Shown in pieces: positions 11,479 through 20,429 of a stretch of DNA of 64,000 nucleotides. The translations under genes and the position numbers were made by a program. The notes under the pieces are model-generated. The model did not search any database. It was not told the origin of the DNA and saw only the letters and a list, made by a program, of their open reading frames with translations. Where the stretch lies: assembly GCA_963809665.1 (NCBI GenBank), contig CAWEKC010000004.1:37172-101171 (forward strand). The letters are read 5' to 3'. How positions within the stretch are numbered: the stretch's first letter is position 1; the number at the start of each line of letters is the position of its first letter. The stretch is from Candidatus Gottesmanbacteria bacterium. Lineage in GTDB: Bacteria; Patescibacteriota; Microgenomatia; UBA10105; UBA927.

Positions 11479-12330
11479 ATGGCAAACATCCGTTTAATCA
11501 AAAACCGTATTAAGTCTGCAAAAAACATAGCCCAGATTACGAAAGCTATGGAACTTGTAGCCGCATCTAAAATGCGTAAAGCCCAACAACAGGCAATTGC
11601 GGGCAAGCTCTATGCGCAAAAAATACGCGATATGGTATTTACGCTTGCATCACGCACAGATATCACGAATCACCCGCTGCTGCGAGCTCCGCTGGCCGAT
11701 ACGAAAAAACATCTCGTCATCCTTATTTCTACCAATAAAGGATTGTGCGGAGGTTTAAATATAACCTTATTCCGTTCTTTAATGAAGGAATACCCTACCT
11801 TTAATAATCTGGAGTTTGTAAGTTTAGGTAAAAAGGGGACTATCTTTATTACGCAGATGCATGGGGTACTGAAAGCTGATTTTTCCGAGAAAATACCGTT
11901 TATTGACAGCGTCCCTGCCCTCACTCAGCTTTTGACAGATGCATTCTTAACCGGGACGGTCGCGAGCGTTGATATTGTCTATAACGAATTCGTTTCAGCG
12001 CTAAAGCAAATTCCGCGTAAAAAAACATTGTTACCCCTCACGCTGACCGGCGAAGAAGAAGAAATAAAAGGGCCGGAATTTCTCATTGAGCCGAATATCG
12101 GAGAAGTTTTTAACGAGCTATTACCACATTACCTGGAGAATCAGGTGCGTGATGCGGTCCTGCAGGCGGATGCAAGCGAACACAGTGCACGGATGGTAGC
12201 AATGCGCAACGCGACCGATAACGCAATGTCGTTTATGGAAGAGTTAACCCTTGTGTATAACAAAGCCAGACAGGAAAAAATTACGTACGAAATATCCGAT
12301 ATTGTAACAGCGAGGCTAGCCTCTGAATAA
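11479..12330 (+). CDS. atpG: ATP synthase F1 gamma
   Basis: ITKAMELVAASK, NKGLCGG, ASEHSARMVAM, YNKARQEKIT. Confidence 0.97.
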   Translation: MANIRLIKNRIKSAKNIAQITKAMELVAASKMRKAQQQAIAGKLYAQKIRDMVFTLASRTDITNHPLLRAPLADTKKHLVILISTNKGLCGGLNITLFRSLMKEYPTFNNLEFVSLGKKGTIFITQMHGVLKADFSEKIPFIDSVPALTQLLTDAFLTGTVASVDIVYNEFVSALKQIPRKKTLLPLTLTGEEEEIKGPEFLIEPNIGEVFNELLPHYLENQVRDAVLQADASEHSARMVAMRNATDNAMSFMEELTLVYNKARQEKITYEISDIVTARLASE

Positions 12331-13740
<1,410 letters not shown>

Positions 13741-13754
13741 TTCATATTATTTAT

Positions 13755-14180
13755 ATGCGCTCATTCAGACTGGAAATCATCACTCCCCAGCGTAAAGCAT
13801 TCTCGGAAGACGTCGATTCCGTTATGGTGCCTACGGTAAACGGTTTGGTCGGCGTATTGGCTCTCCATGAACCGCTCTTCAGTGCACTGACAGAAGGGGA
13901 AATTAAAATTACCGCATCATCAAAGGAATATTTTTTGGCTATCGGCAGCGGGTTTATGGAGGTAACCAAGTCCGGTGTTTCCATACTGGTTACCAGCGCA
14001 TATCACGCCCATGAACTCAATGAGGCGGAGATAAAGAAAGCACAAGCTGCGGCTAAAGAAGCGCTTGCAAAACATGTTACGGGAGTCGATCTCTCCGCAG
14101 CCCAGTCACTGCTTCGCCGTTCCGTGTTGGAATTGAAAGTTCTTCATAAAAGACGAGCCCGACCTACCCTACCGGTTTGA
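13755..14180 (+). CDS. atpC: ATP synthase F1 epsilon
   Basis: LEIITP...GVLALHEP...SGFMEV. Confidence 0.95.
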   Translation: MRSFRLEIITPQRKAFSEDVDSVMVPTVNGLVGVLALHEPLFSALTEGEIKITASSKEYFLAIGSGFMEVTKSGVSILVTSAYHAHELNEAEIKKAQAAAKEALAKHVTGVDLSAAQSLLRRSVLELKVLHKRRARPTLPV

Positions 14181-14205
14181 CAGACATACGAGTGCGCGCT
14201 ACACT
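14177..14205 (+). promoter_or_regulatory. sigma70 promoter of CBS gene
   Basis: TTGACA-17-TACACT, ATG 11 nt downstream. Confidence 0.7.
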
Positions 14206-14216
14206 GGCTCCACCGT

Positions 14217-14699
14217 ATGAAAGTAAAAGACGTGATGAGCGTATCTACCGTTAGCGTATCCCCGACAGATTCATTTCATGAAATATGGAAATGCATATTT
14301 AAAAAGAAAATTCACGCGCTTCCCGTTATTAACAAAAAGAAAATACTAGTCGGTATCCTCACACGCGAAGAGCTTTTAGAAAAGTTGTTTCCTGATTACA
14401 GAGATTTGTTTACCTCCAGCGATGAATTTCCGGATCTTGAGGATATGGAGCGTAAAGTAGCCGAATTTTCTAGTTTAAAGGTAGCGGATCTCATGCGCAC
14501 ACACGTCGTGTATGCTCATGAAGATACACCTGTTTTGCGTGCGCTTTCCCGTATGATTGTGCGGCGCATTAACCAGATGCCGGTTGTAACAGAAGGGGGT
14601 GTTGTGGTAGGCATGGTCACCAAGGGTGATATTTTTTATGCCCTGTTTAAACCCCGTGTAAAACGATCCCCCGGTTTACGCCGAAAAACTCACTCTTGA
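14217..14699 (+). CDS. Stand-alone CBS-pair protein
   Basis: KVKDVMS...LPVI...VGILT; KVADLM...MPVV...VGMVTKGD. Confidence 0.9.
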   Translation: MKVKDVMSVSTVSVSPTDSFHEIWKCIFKKKIHALPVINKKKILVGILTREELLEKLFPDYRDLFTSSDEFPDLEDMERKVAEFSSLKVADLMRTHVVYAHEDTPVLRALSRMIVRRINQMPVVTEGGVVVGMVTKGDIFYALFKPRVKRSPGLRRKTHS

Positions 14700-14788
14700 C
14701 ACATCATCATAAGTTTCACTAGACTATATTCCCAGGGACGCATAAAAAGATGAATAACTGGGTTAGTTTTTTTACTGAGAAATATTGA
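14696..14788 (+). promoter_or_regulatory. Promoter and attenuator-like leader of pyrimidine operon incl. 12-codon uORF (14750-14788, MNNWVSFFTEKY)
   Basis: TTGACA(14696)-18-TAGACT(14720); CCCAG/CTGGG complementarity; T7 tract 14767-14773. Confidence 0.55.
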
Positions 14789-14811
14789 AGGGGCCTTCGG
14801 GGTCCTTTTTT
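14788..14811 (+). terminator. Intrinsic terminator in the leader, just before the first pyr-cluster gene
   Basis: AAGGGGCC-TTCG-GGGTCC followed by T6. Confidence 0.7.
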
Positions 14812-14812
14812 A

Positions 14813-16333
14813 ATGAGAAGTGCTATGAAAGAAAAAATCTTTGATACGGAGCATTTGGCAAACCTGGTGGGCATTGCGTCGTCCGTGTTTTACGGCACCA
14901 TTGCACATTACAAAAAAGCGGGTCTCCAGTATGCGGACGTTCCGGAAATCGTCGGTATAACCGGTGCGTGCGAAAATGTTGATACCCTTTTTAAGGTGGG
15001 GAACAATCTTAATCTCCCGCTTTTTTTCACGCAGACCGGCCAGCTTGCACTTGAGCAGGCATTACAAAGTAATCACGGCGTCTATACCATTATCCATAGC
15101 GGACGGGATGAAGAACTCGAAGACGAACGTCATTTGAGGCAATTCCGTCTTACAGAGGAGGAATTTGACTGTTCGTTCGGTAAAATGACACGTGATTCGT
15201 ACGATGAAGAAAAAATGTATGAACTCCTGCTCACTCATATTGAATCGGCAACGAAAGCGATGATCCGATCGGTCGCACAGGAAAATAAAAAGGCCCTCAC
15301 CGGATTTTATAAGCGGGATGTGGGAACGCTTTTAGAAATTATTGCCCGTCCGTACTTACGGATCTTGTATTCGGACGCGGTTGAACTGTTGCGGCAGCAT
15401 GGATACCCGGCGCTTGAATTCGGTGACGATTTAGAAGCCGACCATGAGCAAAAAATTATTGAGCTTATGAATGCCAAAACCAAAGGATACGGGCGATCGG
15501 TTACAGATTGGTCTCCGGTCTTTATAATGCGGTATCCGAAGGAAATAAAATTCTTTAACATGAAAGTGTCGGAGAAGGACCCGCGGGTGGTACTATCTGC
15601 AGACTGCATATTTCCATACTCAGGAGAATCCGTCGGTGCGGCGGTCCGTGAACACGATGGTGTAAAACTCCTGGTTCGGCTGCTGACATCAACGATGTAC
15701 AAACTTCACGAACAGCGCGGGGGAACGTACAACGATTTCCGTTGGTACACTGAAGGGATGATTTTATCGAAAAAAACGCTTCCGCATGCCGGGTACGGGA
15801 TCGGTAATGAACGCATTATTCAATTCATCCTCGGACGTTCTGATATCCGTGAATGTTCACTCTTTAGTTTATTAAACACACAAACCGGCGATTGGGATAT
15901 ATCCAAACGCGGTATGCTCCCGATGGTCCAACACCGGAAGACTGTCCTTTTATCAATCGGAAAGGATCAGAACAAAAAACGTTTATTTCCGTACATCAAG
16001 CGTATCAGAAGTGATGGACATGTGTTTTATGCAACCGACAGTACCCATACGTTCTTAGAACGTCATGGTGTGCCGTCAACGCGTGTATTTAAAATAAGTG
16101 AAAAAGGATCACCGAACCTGAGCGATCTGTTACGGAATGACATGTTTGATCTTATCATTAACGTACCGACAAACCCCGATAGATCCGTGCATGAACATAC
16201 AGACGGCATGTTTATCCGGCAAACTGCAACGGAAACCGGCACAACACTCGTTACGGACGTAGTTGTTGCTGAAACACTCCTGTCTCATCTATCCGAACGG
16301 ACGAAAGTATCCGAAAAAGGAACGCCGGTATGA
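14813..16333 (+). CDS. AsnRS-like class II aaRS catalytic core (no anticodon domain) fused to CarB-type MGS domain; function unknown (start 14813 or 14825)
   Basis: FTQTGQLALE, GRDE..ERHLRQF, PVFIMRYPKEIKFFNMK, PHAGYGIGNER; C-term TVLLSI..YATDSTHTFL..FDLIINVP..DGMFIRQTA. Confidence 0.85.
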   Translation: MRSAMKEKIFDTEHLANLVGIASSVFYGTIAHYKKAGLQYADVPEIVGITGACENVDTLFKVGNNLNLPLFFTQTGQLALEQALQSNHGVYTIIHSGRDEELEDERHLRQFRLTEEEFDCSFGKMTRDSYDEEKMYELLLTHIESATKAMIRSVAQENKKALTGFYKRDVGTLLEIIARPYLRILYSDAVELLRQHGYPALEFGDDLEADHEQKIIELMNAKTKGYGRSVTDWSPVFIMRYPKEIKFFNMKVSEKDPRVVLSADCIFPYSGESVGAAVREHDGVKLLVRLLTSTMYKLHEQRGGTYNDFRWYTEGMILSKKTLPHAGYGIGNERIIQFILGRSDIRECSLFSLLNTQTGDWDISKRGMLPMVQHRKTVLLSIGKDQNKKRLFPYIKRIRSDGHVFYATDSTHTFLERHGVPSTRVFKISEKGSPNLSDLLRNDMFDLIINVPTNPDRSVHEHTDGMFIRQTATETGTTLVTDVVVAETLLSHLSERTKVSEKGTPV

Positions 16334-17274
16334 GTAAAACAACCCGCCTTGCCGGTCTTGAAGTTCAATTCTGCGGGATATCCTTTCCAAATCCCTTAGT
16401 GCTTCCCTCCGGCATTGCCCAGGAAATTCCGGCGGATCATACAAGGGCAATTAAAGCCGGCGCAGGCGGTGTCACGACAAAATCACTCACCATAGAGCCG
16501 AGGCCCGGCCATCCTTTCCCCCGCGTTATACGTGTCTCGAAAGATGACCGGGGCATTCTGAATTCCGTAGGACTACGTGGCCCCGGTATACAGAAAGGGA
16601 AGCGGCTGATCAAAGAATTTCTGACGATCTCACCTGTTCCGGTGATCGTGAGTGTTTTCGCCATCAAGTTAAAAGATTTTACCCGGCTGGCGCAGGAGCT
16701 GTGCCCGCTGGAACCCGCAATCCTTGAGTTAAATTTAAGTTGCCCAAACGTTGATGATGAATTCGGAAAGTCTCTCGGAACCGGCCAGGAATCTGCTGCG
16801 GCCGCAGTACGTGCCGTGAAAAAAGTCGCAGGAAAAATCCCTGTAATTGCAAAACTAACTCCCAATGTTCCCGATATTGCTGGAATCGCGAAAGCGTGCG
16901 AGGACGCGGGAGCCGATGGAATTGCTGCAATTAATACCGTCGGTCCGGGCATGGTTATTGATATCGCAAAGAAACGGCCGGTATTGGGTCATAAGGTTGG
17001 CGGATTATCGGGGCCGGCCATTAAGTCCATTGCAATCCGCTGTGTATACGATATCTATGAAGCCGTAGATATACCGATTATCGGCATGGGAGGGATCGCA
17101 TCGTGGGAAGATACTGTTGAAATGATGATGGCGGGAGCAACGCTCGTAGGCGTCGGATCCGCGACATATTTTAAAGGCTACGCAGTATTTGAAGAAATCA
17201 AAGAGGGCTTACGAAGGTATATGAAAACAGAGCGTCTGGCTGATCTTACAAAAATCGTCGGCGCTGCCCACTAA
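16330..17274 (+). CDS. pyrD: Dihydroorotate dehydrogenase, family 1 catalytic subunit
   Basis: TTKSLT, LNSVGL, ELNLSCPN, KLTPN, AINT, GGLSGPAIK, IIGMGGI. Confidence 0.93.
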   Translation: MSKTTRLAGLEVQFCGISFPNPLVLPSGIAQEIPADHTRAIKAGAGGVTTKSLTIEPRPGHPFPRVIRVSKDDRGILNSVGLRGPGIQKGKRLIKEFLTISPVPVIVSVFAIKLKDFTRLAQELCPLEPAILELNLSCPNVDDEFGKSLGTGQESAAAAVRAVKKVAGKIPVIAKLTPNVPDIAGIAKACEDAGADGIAAINTVGPGMVIDIAKKRPVLGHKVGGLSGPAIKSIAIRCVYDIYEAVDIPIIGMGGIASWEDTVEMMMAGATLVGVGSATYFKGYAVFEEIKEGLRRYMKTERLADLTKIVGAAH

Positions 17275-17281
17275 CTCACCT

Positions 17282-18106
17282 ATGACGTTTTACCGCAAAC
17301 TTGCTACCAGAATAAAAAAAACAAATTCTCTAGTATGTGTTGGTCTGGATAGTGACATGGCCAAACTTCCAAAAGCCCTAAAAAAATATAAATACCCACA
17401 GTTTGAGTTTAACAAGACAATTATTAACGCTACCCATGATTTTGTATGTGCATATAAACCCAACAGTGCATTCTATGAAGCGCGCGGTGAGCAGGGCACC
17501 CACGAACTTAAAATGACGTGTGATTATTTATTGAAAAAATATCCCGACATCGTGATCATTCTTGATGCAAAACGCGCGGATATCGCCAGTACAAATAATG
17601 GATATGTTACGTTTGCGTATGATTATCTGGGAGTAGATGCAATAACACTTCACCCATATCTTGGCCGGGAGGCAGTCCAGCCGTTTTTAGATAGAAAAGA
17701 GAAGGGGACTATCATACTTTGCCGTACCAGTAACCCCGGCGCAGGAGAATTTCAGGACCTTTCAGCCGGAAGCAAACCGCTCTACCAAATAGTTGCTAAA
17801 AATGTCGTAAAAAAATGGAATATATATAATAACTGCGCACTCGTTATCGGGGCAACGTACCCAGAGGAGCTTAAAATTGTACGACGTATCGTTAAAGACA
17901 TGCCGTTACTCATTCCCGGAATCGGTGCTCAGGGCGGTGATGTTGAAAAAACCGTCCGCGCCGGGATTGACAGTCACGGAGCTGGTGCCGTTATTAATGC
18001 GTCCAGAAGCGTTATTTTTGCCTCATCCGGGGTTGATTTTGCCCGAGAAGCACGGCAGGAAACGCAAAAACTCCGGGATGAAATCAACCGATACCGAGAG
18101 ATTTAG
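17282..18106 (+). CDS. pyrF: Orotidine-5'-phosphate decarboxylase (subfamily 2)
   Basis: VCVGLD, YKPNSAFYE, LDAKRADIAST, LCRTSNPG, LIPGIGAQGG. Confidence 0.96.
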   Translation: MTFYRKLATRIKKTNSLVCVGLDSDMAKLPKALKKYKYPQFEFNKTIINATHDFVCAYKPNSAFYEARGEQGTHELKMTCDYLLKKYPDIVIILDAKRADIASTNNGYVTFAYDYLGVDAITLHPYLGREAVQPFLDRKEKGTIILCRTSNPGAGEFQDLSAGSKPLYQIVAKNVVKKWNIYNNCALVIGATYPEELKIVRRIVKDMPLLIPGIGAQGGDVEKTVRAGIDSHGAGAVINASRSVIFASSGVDFAREARQETQKLRDEINRYREI

Positions 18107-18340
18107 TTAATCCGTTTCAGATCTCGGAATAGGCGGGGTGCACTCCATGCAATAATATTCAGATCCTTGAGGCTCAAACAGATGATTATATATCTCCATA
18201 CGATACACTGCGGTTTTATTGCAGATTCCGCAATTGTATGAATACCCATAACTATTCATGAAAAATCTCACAAGAAATTCACGCCCGGTTTTTTGATTGG
18301 GCATCATTGTTTCACCGATATTCTTCTCCAAGCTTTTCAT
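18107..18340 (-). CDS. Small hypothetical protein with two CxxC motifs
   Basis: Fills the pyrF-pyrE gap, stop abuts pyrF stop; CGIC...CMEC. Confidence 0.55.
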   Translation of the reverse strand: MKSLEKNIGETMMPNQKTGREFLVRFFMNSYGYSYNCGICNKTAVYRMEIYNHLFEPQGSEYYCMECTPPIPRSETD

Positions 18341-18375
18341 GCGCTAAGTATATCGTTTGTCCAGAAACAAAGCTA

Positions 18376-18404
18376 TTGACCGTTGAGGGTATTTAGCGTA
18401 TTCT
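18376..18404 (+). promoter_or_regulatory. sigma70 promoter, leaderless pyrE
   Basis: TTGACC-17-TATTCT, GTG 5 nt later. Confidence 0.7.
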
Positions 18405-18409
18405 AGGCG

Positions 18410-19045
18410 GTGATGAAAAACGACGTTGTTCATATATTGAAAAAAGTGGGCGCGGTACTCACTGATGATCATTTTGTCTACACATCCGGCAAACACGGGA
18501 GTGTGTACATTAATAAGGATGCGGTATATCCGCATACGAAAGAAACTTCGGCGATAGGCAAACTCATCGCAGGGAAATTTCTTCATAAACGCATAGAGGT
18601 TGTAGCGGCGCCTGCTTTGGGAGGCATCATATTATCCCAATGGACCGCACATTGGCTTTCAAAACTTACTCATACGGAAGTGCTTGGTATATATACCGAG
18701 AAGGATGAGAAAAAGAACCAGGTGTTTACCCGAGGGTATGACCGGTTAGTTAAGGGCAAGCGTGTGCTTGTCGTTGAAGATCTCACCACTACGGGTGGCT
18801 CTGTACGGAAGGTTGTAGACACCGTAAAAGCTGCCGGCGGCACGGTTGTTGCCGTATGTGTCATGGTTAACCGTGACCCCAAAAATGTTACGGCGGACGT
18901 TGTGGGTGCACCGTTTATATCGCTTGGCGTAATTAAGGCGGAAGCATTCGATGCAGTAAAATGCCCGCTCTGTAAAAAAAGAATACCGGTTAATACGAAG
19001 GTCGGTCACGGAAAAAAGTTTATGTCAGAAAAAGGAGCAGTATGA
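18410..19045 (+). CDS. pyrE: Orotate phosphoribosyltransferase
   Basis: HFVYTSGKH, PALGGI, VLVVEDLTTTGGS, C-terminal CPLC. Confidence 0.93.
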   Translation: MMKNDVVHILKKVGAVLTDDHFVYTSGKHGSVYINKDAVYPHTKETSAIGKLIAGKFLHKRIEVVAAPALGGIILSQWTAHWLSKLTHTEVLGIYTEKDEKKNQVFTRGYDRLVKGKRVLVVEDLTTTGGSVRKVVDTVKAAGGTVVAVCVMVNRDPKNVTADVVGAPFISLGVIKAEAFDAVKCPLCKKRIPVNTKVGHGKKFMSEKGAV

Positions 19046-20391
19046 GCCTATCACCGGAAAATAGATCGGAAAAACGGATTGATAACGGGCTCCGGCCAAT
19101 GACCCCGGAAGAAATCGTCGAATACTTCGTTCGTGAGTTTGAATCAAAAGTACGCGTAAAATTTCCGCCAAGGGGCGATATCATCACTATACCTGACGGA
19201 TGGCACGGAGCCGGTAAGGAAGGAGAAGTCGCCGTATACGTTGGAGATTTACTCACAAAACCCATTGCAGGAACAAAACTCAGTGCGGAAGATTTTTTCC
19301 GGTGGGGTACGCAGAATAAATTTGTACTCACTGACGGCAAACACCGTAAAGTTGACGTACCGACTGCTTCAAAAATCATAGAGGGCGATCAGGATTCATT
19401 AGATGGTAATCCTATTCTTCGTTTAACTCGAACCGAATCTAATAAAATGCCCGTTGAGATACAGTTTTTCGGCGGGGCAACAAATCAATGGATAGAAACG
19501 TTGACAAAAATAGGAAATAAAACCAAAGACAATCCTTTTTTTATCGAAACCGACAAACGTGACTATCTGAACGCTGTCAGACAATTATTCCGTCCATTTA
19601 TATCCAAAGGTACGAAAGGAGACCGTGCACGGTTAGGATTACCTCTTACGGTTGATATACTGAGACGTGTTGATGACTGTTCCGCAAGCGGTGTAACCTT
19701 TATCGGCGACCAGGCGCTTGATGATGCAATGCTCATTTCTCATGAAAACCTGCTTGAAATTCACGACGTCTCAGTATCTACCCTTCACGCGGTTGTTCTG
19801 GCTATTTCAATGGCTGACCGTCGGCACGTTCCTCTTATCATGCGCATCGGAGCACCGGCATTCGGACTCGGAAGCGGATCTCAACTGAATTATATGATGA
19901 ATACGCTTCCGGAAATGATGAAATACGGACCTCAGGTTGTAGGAGATATGGGTACCCTCATGGATGAAGGCGAATCTGCTGAGGCAATTCCGAAGCTTCT
20001 TGAGGTACGCAAGGGTGATGCATCACGGGAGCTGCGCCTGTTTTTAGGAGGAGGGTTACCGGTTGCACGAATGTTAAAGGAGGCTCACGAAGAGCGCGGG
20101 AAACCATTTGTATGGGATTTGGCAATTCGTAGGGCTTCAAGAGTAGATAACGGGCCTGATCAGTGGGGCGTGCTCATATCAGGCACGAACGTAACTGTAC
20201 GAACCGCCCGTAGAGATAAGTCATTTCTACCTCCTGATACTGAACTTGTAGATCACGAGAATACTCCGTATTTTGTGAAGTCGTCAGGTTTATGGGGTTC
20301 CTTAGGAGTTGAAACAGGCGGACTGATCCCTGTTACGTTCGTCGACACGGGAAAATCGGAAACTTTATATCTGCCGGCAAAAGCAAAATAG
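19042..20391 (+). CDS. Hypothetical protein with PRPP-binding-like motif (divergent phosphoribosyltransferase?)
   Basis: 449-aa ORF, ATGA overlap with pyrE; VDDCSASGVT and NYM...GDMG. Confidence 0.6.
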   Translation: MSLSPENRSEKRIDNGLRPMTPEEIVEYFVREFESKVRVKFPPRGDIITIPDGWHGAGKEGEVAVYVGDLLTKPIAGTKLSAEDFFRWGTQNKFVLTDGKHRKVDVPTASKIIEGDQDSLDGNPILRLTRTESNKMPVEIQFFGGATNQWIETLTKIGNKTKDNPFFIETDKRDYLNAVRQLFRPFISKGTKGDRARLGLPLTVDILRRVDDCSASGVTFIGDQALDDAMLISHENLLEIHDVSVSTLHAVVLAISMADRRHVPLIMRIGAPAFGLGSGSQLNYMMNTLPEMMKYGPQVVGDMGTLMDEGESAEAIPKLLEVRKGDASRELRLFLGGGLPVARMLKEAHEERGKPFVWDLAIRRASRVDNGPDQWGVLISGTNVTVRTARRDKSFLPPDTELVDHENTPYFVKSSGLWGSLGVETGGLIPVTFVDTGKSETLYLPAKAK

Positions 20392-20395
20392 ATCG

Positions 20396-20424
20396 TTGAC
20401 GGCGGAAGTAATTTTTGGTATCTT
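20396..20424 (+). promoter_or_regulatory. sigma70 promoter, leaderless pyrG
   Basis: TTGACG-17-TATCTT, ATG at 20430. Confidence 0.7.
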
Positions 20425-20429
20425 GGATC

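Noticed and set aside
14813-16333. Ordinary asparaginyl-tRNA synthetase or carB fragment
   Set aside because: No anticodon-binding domain and no ATP-grasp domains; one continuous ORF coupled to pyrD.
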